Program-made: the position numbers and the translations under genes
In this document: positions 26,213-39,094 of the stretch, in pieces
Position numbering within the stretch: the stretch's first letter is position 1
Layout: the number at the start of each line of letters is the position of its first letter
Assembly: GCA_951406725.2 (NCBI GenBank)
Contig: OX597824.1
Coordinates: forward strand, 66,898,001-66,962,000
Source: Octopus vulgaris
Taxonomy: Eukaryota
DNA: 64,000 nt
Direction: 5' to 3'
The notes under the pieces: generated by a model
What the model saw: the letters and a program-made list of their open reading frames with translations, nothing else
Databases searched by the model: none
Told to the model about the DNA's origin: nothing

Positions 26213-27090
26213 TCTGATTCTTGTAATTTTCTCCTTGTTGCTTAAAATCTTTCTTGTCAATTATTTGCAATTAAATAAAGTTTGTGTTAATTATACTTCA
26301 AACGAGAGCAGTTAAGATTGCCAAGACACTAAAGCACTGAACCAAATTAATGTTTTGTATTTAGTTTCTCTCTGTACTTCCGAATTGAAATCTTGGTAAG
26401 CAGAATCAATAGAACATCAGACAAAATACCTAGTGGTATTTAGTTAGACCTTAATCTTCTGAGTTCAAATCCCAGTGAGAACAAACTTTTGCTTTTCATT
26501 CTTCCAGGGTTAATAAAATAATGTACCAGTCAAGTATTTGAGTTGATTCATCTTCTCATAATGTGTTCTAAATGTGAATGGAAGTATAACAGGAGAAAAT
26601 GATAACCTAAGGGATTTTAATGAAATATGTCATCATCATCGTCATCATCAACATTATTATTTTTATGTTGGTTTTACATGCTACCATGGGTTAGATGGAT
26701 CATTATGGGTCAAAGCAGTTCTTTCCTCCTAAAATGGTTAGATGACTGTATCTTGTCACGCATCTCAGTTTCTGGCATGGTTCCTTTGGCTGGATACTCT
26801 TTGTAACACCAACCACTTTACAGAGTGTATTGAATGCAATTTAACATGATACCAGCACTAGAGAGGTTGTGAAGCTCTAGGTAAGACACAAAAGTCTTTA
26901 TATTTCATCATAACACCAGCACTGACTTTGAAATACTAGTTATATATTGGTGTATTGGACACTGGGAAATTTCCTACATTAATGCCTCTACAGTATAATG
27001 TATAATGCCTCTAATATAACTGTTGCTGGGTTAATTATTTGCAGTCATTATGCTAATTATTGATGTCTGAAGAATTTGCTTTTCAAATAG

Positions 27091-27140
27091 AATTGAAACA
27101 TATCTCTGGTTGTCTCCCGTGTGTGCCAAATTCATACTGA
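27091..27140 (+). CDS. Candidate terminal exon A (ELKHISGCLPCVPNSY*)
   Basis: tttgcttttcaaatAG acceptor, phase 1 compatible with 25108, AATAAA near 27281-27290. Confidence 0.27.
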
Positions 27141-27954
27141 AATAATATTGGTCATTGAGCTAACATTTTAATCTCTTAAGATGTAATTAACTTGACATTG
27201 ATTTTATTATGTTTGATATAATCAAGTTTACCTCTTCTTCACAAAACAGCTATGCTACCAAGGCCAAAAGAAGAAAAAAAAATAAATAAAAAGGCTGTAT
27301 GTTTGCAGCAATGGCCAAGTGGCAGTTTAATATCTAGAATTGACATTTTTTTACCCAACAACTTGCACTTAGTAACACAAAAAAAAAAAAAAAATCTACA
27401 AACGCCAATCCTAGCTTCTATAATTTTCAAGTCATTTAACCTTCATTTCATTACATATGTCTGGAAACGCTTGGATGTGTGTCTGGTCTCAACAAGCAGT
27501 CAATCTCTGTAACACTACCAACTGCTGACCTATCACAAATCTCCCTTAAATAACACTGTTTAATATTTCTTTGTTCCACTTTAGAAATATATACATATAT
27601 ATATATATATATAAACAATATAAAAATACAAGTGCACATAATTTTAAGAGCATATTTTCAAGTTAAAAATTTAAGGAAAAAGGGAAAAAAACTATTGTTA
27701 GCCTTACTGTATGTTCTGGCATACAGGTAAAATTTTGTAAATGAAAATTTACAATAAAAAAAAAGGTAGATTGAATTATTTAAGAAGTTCTTTTTGGAGG
27801 ACCAAAACTTCCATGTGAAATGCTGTAAGATTTGGAAAGATAGCATCATCTTGTCTACTGGAAAACATTATTTTTAATCGTTCTTGTGTTTGACAGAATT
27901 ATGAATAACATGTTTTTCAAGACACCTTTAAATTAATGCAGATTTTCTAAAACC

Positions 27955-28170
27955 TTAACCCCTTAGTGTTCAGATTACTCTGCTTTTTTACTCAAATTGT
28001 TTTGACTTAATTACGCATTATCTTATAGCTTTGAGGTTTCAATGATGAGATTGCTTATTTTTAGAATCTTAGTGTGGGTTAGGTGTGAGAGGTTAGATAC
28101 AACCAATTTGAATGTAAAACATAAAATATTTGGGCTGGATTTGGCTGGTTTAAATGTGAAAAGGCTAAAT
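27955..28170. mobile_element. Degenerate TTAA-type MITE
   Basis: ttaacccctt...aaaggctaa ends; a homologous copy lies at about 29592-29840. Confidence 0.5.
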
Positions 28171-28800
28171 TATATTTTCAGCAATCCACAGTGCACCTAA
28201 ACATCTCTTGTACACACATGTGTGCTGTAATCACAATGTAGGAATCTTTCTTTACCATCCTAAAAAAATAAAGATACATTAGATGATGTAACTCTTGGTT
28301 CACCATGTCTAATAAAAATGATACGTGGTTCTGTCTTGGATATTTTTGATTATAGATCCTCTCTATCGGGGCCAATATGGGGATAAATAAACAACCACAT
28401 CTTAAGTGTAATAATGAGTTGTTGATGGTCACTTTGTTTACGTCCTTGAGATGGTATTATGTATAGGAAAACACAGAGGGAAGTGTTTAATGCAAGGTGT
28501 AGAAGTCTAGATACATTATTGGGGATTGAGAGGAAGAGCAAAAATATGGAAATTTGAGTGGAAATTGTACTGAGTGGAAATTGTACTAGATAAATCAGTT
28601 CTGAGTAGAGGTCACTGTAGAAGTGGTAGTTGAAGCAGAGTTAGGTGTTGGTAAAAGAAACCCCAACAAAGCATAAAAGTGGATTAAATCAACTATTGTA
28701 CTTCATGACAAACTATAAGCTTCAGGCTGATCAAAGACTTGTGAGTGGATTTGGTAGACAGGAACTAAAAGTAGCTTGTTGTGTGTGTGTGAAGACACTT

Positions 28801-28933
28801 CTTCTTCTTCTTCTTGTGAGTTCTTCTTCTTCTTCTTCTTCTTCTTCTTCTTCTTCTTCTTCTTCTTCTTCTTCTTCTTCTTCTTCTTCTTCTTCTTCTT
28901 CTTCTTCTTCTTCTTCTTCTTCTTCTTCTTCTT
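28801..28933. repeat. (CTT)n microsatellite
   Basis: Directly visible; flanked by a 16-bp direct repeat. Confidence 0.95.
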
Positions 28934-28944
28934 GGTGGTTGTGT

Positions 28945-29255
28945 GTGAAGACACTTGGCTTCGATTTTGGTTCATGATTGTAAGGTTGTGAGTTCAGTTC
29001 CTAGTCATGCATTGTGTCCTTGAGCAAGACACTTTATTTCATGTTGTTCCAGTCCACTCAACTGGAAAAGGTGAACTGTATCTAATTCAAAGGGTCAGCC
29101 TTGTCATATTCTGTGTCATACTGACTCTCCTGGAGAACTACTTTAAATGTACATGAGTCTGTTGGGTGCTCAGCCACTTGCACGTTAATTTCACGGGCAG
29201 GCTGTTCCATTGATCAGGTCGGCTAAAACACTAGTCATAACCAACGCAGTGCCAG
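28945..29255 (+). mobile_element. SINE family C
   Basis: Homologous to 281-604. Confidence 0.8.
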
Positions 29256-29256
29256 T

Positions 29257-29288
<32 letters not shown>

Positions 29289-29989
29289 CACGTGTGTTTG
29301 TGTGTGTGCTTGTTTCTCATTTTCTGGTCTTCACATCATAGTTACAAAATGATTATTGCTGTTATACAATTGGTGTCATTCATTTCCAATATTCTGCAAA
29401 CCATATCTGGCTATGGGGAAATATTACCTTGCATGGAAACAGATGAGTTAGCAACAGGAAATGTATCCAGCTGTGGAATATCTGCCTCAATAAACTCCTT
29501 CTGATCCATGTATGCACAGAAAAGTGGACATTAAAATGATGATGTGATACAATTTCTGTACTGTTTGTAATCACAGTATAAGCAATAAACTTTAATCCTT
29601 TAGAGAGATTACTCTGTCAAATGTAATGCTTTTTTATTCCCATTGTTTTGAATTAATCATCATCATCATCATCATCATCATTTAGCGTCCGTTGTAGTAT
29701 CAAAATTTTGATGATGTAGTTGTTTGTTTTTAGAATAACATTGTAGGGTAGGTATGAGAGTCCAGATCTGGCCAGTTTTAGCATAAAGCAGGCAGAATAT
29801 TTCAGCTGGATATGGCCATTTTAAATGCTAATGAGTTAGGTGACCAGCAACACCTTTTGTCTCCTTGGAATGTAACAAAATGTATATGGAACTTGGAGTT
29901 AGGACAAGCAAGTGGAATGAAATTCCCCAACGAAGAATTGATTTTGTATCGTAGACTTGGCTCTCCTGGATCTTACCTTCTTTTTACAG

Positions 29990-30207
29990 TGCTTCGACTA
30001 TCGTTCCATGGTGACTTTTGCCATTATAACAAAGAGAATTTGTTGTATATCAGTATAGTTGTTACTGTAAGGGATGGAAAATATTTTGGATTACGTAACT
30101 TTTTGATTGTGTATGGTGTTGATGTAAAGGTCTTAGTTGAAGATTACACTCTGTTGAAGGCTCCGTATCCTGAAGCTTCATCTTTTTCCATTCCTACTGG
30201 AAAGTGA
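29990..30207 (+). CDS. Candidate terminal exon B (VLRLSFHGDFCHY...SIPTGK*)
   Basis: Strong acceptor tcttaccttctttttacAG, phase 1 joins in frame with ORF 29812-30207, AATAAA at 30222-30227. Confidence 0.27.
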
Positions 30208-31020
30208 ACTTCTTGATTGGCAATAAACTCTCCTGGATCTACCATTTTTCATTGTTTCTGATGCCAGACCAATTTATTCAGTGCTAATTTTGCCCTTGAC
30301 AGTATTTAGTATAGAACTTAGAAGTTTCATAAAATAATGCCTTATGTTTAAACAAGAATGTTTATATAACTAATTACACATTTTATACATTTTATATCTC
30401 TCAGTATGTCACTGGTGCTTATTAGTTCTATTATGTTGTGTTAGTGTATTTGTATGTTTGTGTATAGTAATGTTAGAGTATGTGTTTGTTCAGGAACTGG
30501 AAAAAAGAGAAAGGGGGAGAAGAAAAGAGTGATAGATAGATTAGATAGATAGATAACATAACATATGCTGCTGCTGAGAGGGAGAGGGACAGTGAAAAAA
30601 AAACATACATTATCACTGACCAAAAAAGAGAGAAAGATAGAGTTTATACTGTTACTGAGAGAGTAAGAGAAAGAAGAGACATACTGCTACTGTTTGAGTA
30701 GATTCACAACAACAAGCAGACAAGTAGATGAGGTACTGTGTTCATATCACCAAATCAAAAGAGCAGATAATATATCACATGATAAATAGAATGGAAAAGG
30801 AAACAATGTTTTGCTTGTTTTTAGTTGTTCTTTAACCCCCAGGTTAGCTGTGGTCAAGCTGACCTATTGATGATTTTTTTTGGCATTATGTATATAGTAT
30901 ATAGGACTACATTATTGTATGTGATCTTTTCTTAGACTTAAGGGTGTAATTTGAGGGAGATTTGGCTGCTATTTCTTACAGGTTGAATGACTACGTAGAT
31001 GTAATTATGTTGGCTCTCCA

Positions 31021-31170
31021 CACTAGCATAGCTAGAGTGTGTGCCGTCTGGGGTAGCCCTTCTGTTTGCTGCCCCTGGATCCCACGAAAAAGACATTGCC
31101 TACAACAGACCCAAAAGTGCCACCCGGGGCAGACCGATCCTATGCCCTCCCCCCGCAAGCTACACCAGTG
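31021..31170. mobile_element. hAT-type MITE, 150 bp
   Basis: TIRs cactagcatagctag / caagctacaccagtg; 8-bp TSD gctctcca / gctcccca. Confidence 0.75.
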
Positions 31171-31525
31171 GCTCCCCATTTTAGATATAATTTTGTGTTA
31201 TACTTCCATTTTGGTATGAACTGGCAGAATTGTTTGCATGCCAGTCAAATTGTTTCGTGACATTTTTTTCTGGTTATATGTCCTGAGTTCAAATTCTACC
31301 AGGGTTAACTTTGCTTTTCATCCTTTCAGGGTCAATAAAATAGGAACCAGTTGAGCACTGGGGTGGGATGGGGTGGGGGTCAATGTAATTGACATGCCAT
31401 ATTCCCCAAAACTTCAGCCCTTGTGCCTGTAATAGAATGAAAAATTATAATTTTTATCTTTGATTTTCATCTATCATCTTTTACTTGTTTCAGTCATTGA
31501 ACTTTGACTATGTTGTATCGCCTTG

Positions 31526-31845
31526 TGAAGGTGTGTGGTTTAGTGTTTAGGGTATTTGGTTCATGATTGTAAGGTTGTGAGTTCAATTCCTGGCAATGAG
31601 AAATGTCCTTGAGCAAGACACTTTTTTTCATGTTGCTCCAGTCCACTCAACTGGCAAAAATGAGTTGTACCTGTATTTCAAAGAGCCAGCCTTGCCACAC
31701 TCTGTGTCATGCTGAATATCCCTGAGAACTACATTAAGAGTACACATGTCTGTGGAGAACTCAGCCACATGAACATTAATTTCATAAGCAGGCTGTTCTG
31801 TTGATCGGATCAACAGGTACCCTTATCATAACCAATGGAGTGCCA
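31526..31845 (+). mobile_element. SINE family C nested in a minus-strand family A copy (31480-32020)
   Basis: C consensus, with A sequence on both sides. Confidence 0.8.
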
Positions 31846-32124
31846 GAAATGTATCCAACACTTTGAAGGATTTTAGTTGAACAAATCAACTTCTGTACTT
31901 TATTTTTTTTAAAGCCTGTACTTATACTATTTGTCTCTTGTCGAACTGCTAAATTATGGGAACATAAACAAATCAACAATGTTTGTCAAGTAATGGGTGG
32001 GACAAACACTGACATAAAAGACTCACGCTCCCACATGCAATCAATCTCAATTTCAATATAATTGTTATCACTGTTATTACACAACACTCCCCTTTAACAC
32101 TGTGCATGCAGACACAAGCACATA

Positions 32125-32346
32125 CATGAGTGGATACTGAAAAGTTCCTGGCTTTGGGTAAAAGAAAATACAGGAGGATCAGTTAATTATGATTTTTATT
32201 CAACATATTTCCTTTTCAGATTCACACATTTATTGCAGTGGTCCTTCAGTTTTTCTAATCCCTGTTAAAGAAATTAGAAGGTTGGGCCTCTAACCAGGCC
32301 TTTTGGGATACCCTTAAAACCAGGAACTTCTCTGCAACCCCTTGTG
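32125..32346. mobile_element. Tc1/mariner-type MITE, copy 1
   Basis: TIRs ...ctgaaaagttcctgg / ccaggaacttctctg...; homologous to the adjacent copy. Confidence 0.75.
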
Positions 32347-32398
32347 TGTATATGTGTGTATACGCGCACACTCACACACACACACACACACACACACA

Positions 32399-32617
32399 CA
32401 AGAGGATGCTGAAAAGTTCCTGGCTTTAAGAGTGAAAGAAAATGCAGGCGGCTTGGTTAATTGTGATTTTATTTAACATATTCCCTTCTCAGATTCACAC
32501 ACTTATTACAGTGGTCCTTTGATTTTTCTAAGCCCTGTAAAAGAACTCGGATGGTTGGCCTTCGAACCAGGCTTTTCATGATAACCTTAAAGCCAGGAAC
32601 TTTTCATCATTCCCTTG
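32399..32617. mobile_element. Tc1/mariner-type MITE, copy 2
   Basis: TIRs caagaggatgctgaaaagttcctggctttaag / cttaaagccaggaacttttcatcattcccttg followed by TA. Confidence 0.8.
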
Positions 32618-33772
32618 TATATATCCCCACTATTACACTAAACAGTTTTATACCAATAAGGTACACCCATTTTTATATTCTTAACAAACTCCTTGTTACA
32701 TACCTTGGTTATATAATTTTATTTACCTGTAACACACCAAATTACTTCCCCAGGATGCATAATTTTACTTACATGGGGACATATTGCAACCAGTCATGGG
32801 TACACACGGGCCGTAAGTACATCACCATTGTTGTTGTCATCATCATCATCATTGTTTTAATCTCCACCTTTCCTTGCCTGTATCTGTTGGAGAGAATTTT
32901 GTTGAGATGGATTTTCTATGGCTGGATGCCTTTCCTGTTGTTAACCCTCACTTATTTCCAAGTATTGTATAATATTTCCCTATAATCAGATACGTTTTGA
33001 TGTAAGATGAATGACGGACACTATTCGCATGATGGCAGTACTCATTTACAACTAACATGTGAGGTCAAGGCAATGTGACAGTAGCATGTATGTGTGTACG
33101 CACACACACACACACACACACACGTCGTATACATACATTTCATCTTTTAATGTACCTTGCTGGGATTAGTTGGAATGCACACACACAGTGGGCTTCTTTT
33201 TGTTTCTGTCTACCATATCCACTCACAAGGCTCTGGTTGGCACAAGGCTATAGCAGAAGACTCTTGCCCAAGGTGCCGCACAATGAAATTAAACCCGGAA
33301 TCATGTGGTTGGAAAGTAAGCTTCTTATTACACAGCCACACCTGTGCTTACGTGATTTTTATTTCGGAATGTTTAGTTACGTGCCTTAAATACACCTTTG
33401 TACTTACCTTTGGTATATCTTTTATATATTTCTGTACTCAGGGCCTATGAGAAGTCATGTTCAAGTGATACAACAGTCTAGGGTCTGAAGAACCAAAGAA
33501 GGATCCATTACAATTTGCTAAACCCCTCCCTAGAAAAAAGCTCAGTACCTTTGAATTTTGAGAGGATCCCCTCATCCTTGGGCCTGAGAGTAGTAGATGC
33601 CCTGGAGAACCTATTTTACTTCTTTATGTCAGAATTTTTCAAAGTGAATTCCAAGGAACCCCAGAGTAAAAATATAAATATTTACACACAGATAAGTGAA
33701 ATATGTAAGAGGGGTTTCTGAGCAACCCCTCTCTTCATCTATCTGTATCTGAATATTTATCTTCCTCTAAAC

Positions 33773-34128
33773 CAGTGGTTCTCAACAGCGGTCAGTATGA
33801 CCTCTAGGGGTTCGTATAGGATCTGCGAGTGGGGCTGTACAAACAAAATAGTAAATTGGGTATCTACAGTGGTATTTTAAGGGGTCATGAAAAAATTTTG
33901 TTTTAAATGTATTTAATGCAAGAAACAGCAGAGTTTCTGGCCCCAGAAGAATGTTCTCTCAGAGAGCATTGTCATAAACCTACCCAAGTGAATGTGTGAG
34001 AAACACAATAGGAATTTTGAAAGAAGTATCTATAAAACTAGTTTTTAAACATTGAATGGCTATGGGGGTCCACCAGAATAAAATAATGATGAAAGGGGCC
34101 CATAAATAGAAAATGATTGAAACCACTG
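33773..34128. mobile_element. hAT (Charlie-like) MITE
   Basis: TIRs cagtggttctcaa / ttgaaaccactg. Confidence 0.7.
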
Positions 34129-34538
34129 TTCTTTGTGCTCAAGTGTGTGTGGTGTGGGGAGTGTGTTTATTGCTATTTTGTTATTTGTTGATATTTGGAT
34201 TGGTTAGTGGGTGGGAGAGTGGGTTGTTTACAGTGTTGAAAATGATGATGAGAAACCTTGATGGTTATGTATATTTAACAGAATAACTGAAAAACAAACA
34301 CTCGAATAATACAAACACACAGAATGAGGGGAACACGTGCAGGTGAATGTCTCATTAGTAAGATATCACATTTAAAAATTGTTATTTATTGTCAGGCTGC
34401 TTCTTGACATGAAACTCACTTATTTTTCTATATACCTACAAAACAAATGTGTTCAGTATGTGTGTGTGTGTGTGTGCACACAAACATGTATGCATGTGTA
34501 TGTATATCTATTTATCTGTGTGTTTGTATGTGTGTTTG

Positions 34539-34570
<32 letters not shown>

Positions 34571-34904
34571 GTGTGAGTGGTAGGGGTATTGACCTGGTAG
34601 AGTTTTAGAGTTCATAAAGTACTTTGCCTTATTTGCAGTATGTTTTGGTCCTGAGTTCAAATAATGCCATTTCCTGATAATAAACCCTGCCCTCACCCAC
34701 CAAAACCTAATAACAGTGAAGATGGGCTTGGGATGTCTTTAAACTAGTGCCCAAGTTTGTCAGCTGACACTGTCAATGCCAGCATATTTTCCCTCTCTCT
34801 TTCTCTCTCACCCACATATAAATGCATGCACACATAAGGTGCCATGTACTCAATGAACTAGCACTCTCTCTCTTCCTTTCTGTTTCTCTCTCCCTCCCTC
34901 AATC

Positions 34905-34939
<35 letters not shown>

Positions 34940-35203
34940 CTTGTATGTATTTTTTTTTTTTGTGCAGTTCTTTGTTACGTCTCATCTTACGTGTTCTGTC
35001 TCTGCCTTCGAAACACGTGTCTGCTAGCGACAGCTGATGAAGGGGATTTTTCCTTGTGTAGCATGTCCTATACTTCGGTTCTGTTGATTCTTTCGTCTTC
35101 CTGTGATGTCCTGTACGTATATATATTTATATATGCATGTATATATACATGTAGATGTCGGTATGTACATATATGTTTGTATGTATGCATATATTTTATT
35201 TAT

Positions 35204-35239
<36 letters not shown>

Positions 35240-35241
35240 TA

Positions 35242-36365
35242 TTGGGTCATCCCATAAATAATGTGTGTGTGTGTGGGGGGGTTATATTTCTTTTATTTTT
35301 CAAAATTAAGATAACAAAGTTCTTTTTTAATCCAAGATATACTCTCCTTCATTTTCTACAATGATCTTCCATCTATCTGGTAGACTTGCAAGGCCCCACT
35401 TCCAAAATTCACTTGTCCGTAATGAAAAATACTCCTCTAGTACTCTTCTGATCTCACCTACAGAATTCATATTTTTTCTGTCCAAATGATTTTGAAGACT
35501 GCAGAATATATGGTAATCAGATGAGGTAATGTCCAGTGAATATGGTATGTGGGGCATCGTTTCCTATTCAAACTACTCCAGCTTTTGGAATGTCATCCTT
35601 GCTGTATGTGGCTGAGTATTATTCTAATGGAAGAACACCTTTCGTCTTGAAACCAAAGATGGTCATTTTTCTTGTAGTGCTGGCTTAAGCCGCTTGAGCT
35701 GCTTGCAGTATATCTCCTTTGTTATCGTTTGATTTGGGTTTAAAAGTTCAAAGTGAACTAAACCTTTCTTTAGTCTAGGGTGCTGGTGCTTCCCTTTTCC
35801 TTACCCACTGTCTCCAGCGCTTGACATTTTTATAGAGAACCCATTTTTTGTCACCAGTCACTATTTGATTAAAAAAAGGGTTCATTCATGAGACGTGACA
35901 GCAAAGAACCTACGTTCATTCTCTGCATGCGATTAGACTTGGAAAGTTTGTGAGGAACTCATTAACTCAATTTGTTGACTTTTCCGATGGCATGCAGGTG
36001 TCGATGAATGGTTGACTGACCAAATCCAAGCTTCTTTGCTAGTTCCTCAACAGTTACAATGGGATTTTGTTCCACCAGGGTTTGCAGGATGTCCTTGTCG
36101 AGCTTTTCAGATCTTCCAGGATAAGGCTCATCTTCTAGGCTGTAGTTTCCAGCTCAGAATTTCTGGAACCACCGTTGACACTGGCTTAAGCTTATTGTCT
36201 GATCTCCATATTCTGCATTAATATTCCTCACACTTTCAGTTCTATTGTTGCCCATATTGAACTCATAAAGCAAAATATGCCGAATATGCTCCTTTGTCAC
36301 TTCCATTATAGCTTTGAAAAAATAACTAAAAATCAAACTGCACTCTTCAAAATGTGCACTAAGAA
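35242..36365 (-). mobile_element. Decayed mariner transposon (D,D34D-type transposase pseudogene)
   Basis: N-terminal MEVTKEHIRHILLYEF...CQRWFQKF (ORF 36154-36336); C-terminal PHIPYSLDITSSDYHIFCSLQNHL...LPDRWKIIVENEGEY (ORF 35327-35557); probable TIR ta|ttgggtcatcccataaataatg. Confidence 0.92.
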
Positions 36366-36558
36366 TAAGCAGGCTGTGATTTATACTGTCTCACTTGAAT
36401 ATTTTTTTATGATAACAAAATTTTTTGCTCAGTATCCTGAGCTTGTGTTTTAAAGAAATATGCTTTCTCTCAAGAACTTAGTGTGAAGTGTCACTGTAGA
36501 GTTTTGTTGTTTTTTATTTGCATAATAAATAAATATTGTGATAATAAATAGATATTTG

Positions 36559-36876
36559 TGAAGGTGCATGGCTCAGTGGTTAGAGGGTCGAGCTTACGAT
36601 CATGAGGTTGTGAGCTGAGTGTTGTGTTCTTGAGCAAGACACTTTATTTCACGCTGCTCTAGTTCACTCAGCCGTAGAAATGAGTTACAACGTCACAGGT
36701 GCCAAGCTGTATCTGCCTTTGCCTTTCCCTTGGATAACACTGGTGGCGTGGAGAGGGGAGGCCGGTATGCATGGGCGACTGCTGGTCTTCCATACAACAA
36801 CCTTGCCTGGACTTGTGCCTGGGAGGGTAACTTTCTAGGTGTAATCCCATGGTCAGTTATGACCGAAGAGGGTCTC
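36559..36876 (+). mobile_element. SINE family C2 (same head as C, different tail)
   Basis: tggctcagtggttagag...ggtgccaagctgtatc...cccttggataacac; copies at 45105-45355 and 60588-60925. Confidence 0.8.
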
Positions 36877-37639
36877 AGATTTGCATAAGATGTAATAGGT
36901 GAAGTGAAAGCTCATTATTCCATTTACATTTTATTATCATGATTAATCATTCAGTATGGTGGTAAAGATTGTTGATGTTTCTTCAAGTTTTGTTTCCCAA
37001 TTTAATTAGCACCTGTTTCATCAGTGTTTTTTAGAGTAATAACAGCTGTATATATGAAGTTATTACTTGTCCAGTAATTACCATCACAAGATTCCATGTG
37101 CTCTCTATCAACATCATCAATAGCTTTCAACATGAGAGTAGTAAGTTTTTTTTGTCTTTTAATCTTAAGAATGACCTGTCGCTAAACGACAGCTTCGAGA
37201 AACTGAAAAAAGGTGTTTAGGAACTATGATTTCAAAATGTTCTTAAATATATATTCCTCTGCCGTCTCAAAAATCAATTACTTGTGGAGATATATGAATT
37301 TCATGATAACGGCAACTGTTTGTTATATTCGACCACTTTTTGCCTCTCTCGTGGAACTATCACTGTCTACCATTTCATCTCATCTCATCTCTCTAACTCC
37401 CTTTATCTGTTTGTTATTCTTTTACGTATGCAGTAGCATCAGAGGTTCTCAATTTCAACAGGATACCGTAAACAACCCGTTCATCCATTCACCCATCAAC
37501 CAAACAATAAACAGCCGCTCCTCTTATGCGTACACACACACACACACAGTTTGTTTTTACCGGTCGAAGGTAGGTTGTTTATCAAACACAATCATAATAC
37601 TTCGTTCCCCAGACACAACAATAATAAAAGTAATCGTAA

Positions 37640-37845
37640 TTGTTTCAAATTTTGGTACAGGGCCAGCAGTTATAAGTGTTAGTCAATTACATCGACCTCA
37701 GTACTCAACTGGTACTTATTGGTTTTTGGTGGGGAGGGGGGAAGTCTTGCCGATGAAAGCAAAGTCGACCACGGCGGAATTTGAACTCAGAACGTAAAGA
37801 CGGACGAAATGCTGCCAAGCGTTTTGTCCGGTGTGTTAATGTATC
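37640..37845 (-). mobile_element. SINE family B
   Basis: aaagtcgaccacggcggaatttgaactcagaacg. Confidence 0.75.
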
Positions 37846-37852
37846 TGTGGAG

Positions 37853-38172
37853 CAGAGGTTCTCAAACTTTTGGGACCACCGCCTTCTCATAGCCACATTA
37901 TACCCTCAGCGCCCCCACCCTTATTATTATGTATAAATAAATATTTTATATTTTACTAATTTATATATACTATGAATCATTTGGTAGGTATTTAATATAA
38001 TATATAATTTGTATACAATACTATGATAAAATAAATTCATAGCGTCACCTAATTCACTGCCTTCCTCTCTATACTTCCTTTTTCTCTACCCCTCACCATC
38101 GCCTCCTTAGGCACCAGCACCCACCTGGACCTTCTCAACACCCACCGCGGGGCGGTAGCGCCCACTTTGAGA
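37853..38172. mobile_element. hAT-type MITE
   Basis: cagaggttctcaaac start; ...cgcccactttgaga end with the right TIR clipped. Confidence 0.55.
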
Positions 38173-38198
38173 GGTGTAGAGAAACAATCGTTCCTTTC

Positions 38199-38275
<77 letters not shown>

Positions 38276-38287
38276 GTGTGTATATTC

Positions 38288-38630
38288 TTTTACTTGTTTC
38301 AATCATTTGACTGCGGCCATGCTGGAGCAGCGCCTTTAGTCGAGCTAATCGACCCCAGGACTTATTCTTTGTAAGCCTAGTACTTATTCTATCGGTCGTT
38401 TTGCCAAACCGCTAAGTTACGGGGACGTAAACACAGCAGCGTCGGTTGTCAAGCGATGTTGGGGGTGGGTGGGGGACAAAAACAGACACACAAACATATA
38501 TATACATATATACGATGGGCTTCTTTCAGTTTCCGTCTACCAAATCCACTCACAAGGCTTTGGTCGGCCCGAGGCTATAGTAGAAGACACTTGCCCAAGG
38601 TGCCACGCAGTGGGACTGAACCTGGAACCA
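38288..38630 (-). mobile_element. SINE family A (young)
   Basis: Near-consensus reverse complement. Confidence 0.9.
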
Positions 38631-38880
38631 TTATATATATATATTATATATATATATATCAAGATCCAAGGATCGAGGTGTAGGAAGAAGGTGAGCTTCA
38701 AGCAATCTGTAGAAAAAATGAAAAACAACTTTCGGGAACAATAGTGGTTCATCGGAGCGGGAGGTTATGGATTTTTTTCTTTATAGAAGAACTATAAACT
38801 AACGAAAATGATTTTATATTGCACGGGAGACAGCCAGGGTTGTTAGGTATGCAAATGAAGATATAAAAGTTAAGTTAATG

Positions 38881-39055
38881 TGTGGTAAGTAGCTTGCTTA
38901 CCAACCACATGGGACCAGGTTCAGTCCCACTGCGTGGCACCTTGGGCAAGTGTCTTCTACTTTAGCCTCAGACCGACCAAAGCCTTGTGAGTGGATTTGG
39001 TAGACAGAAACTGAAAGAAGCTCGTTGTATGTATGTATGTATGTAGGTATGTATG

Positions 39056-39094
<39 letters not shown>

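Noticed and set aside
25769-26260. 163-aa E/R/K-rich ORF and its antisense ORF
   Set aside because: Translation of a CT/GA low-complexity tract.
28645-28991. Poly-S, poly-K and poly-F ORFs
   Set aside because: Translations of the (CTT)n microsatellite.
37213-37797. 194-aa ORF
   Set aside because: GTG start, crosses (CA)n and an antisense SINE B, no recognisable domain.
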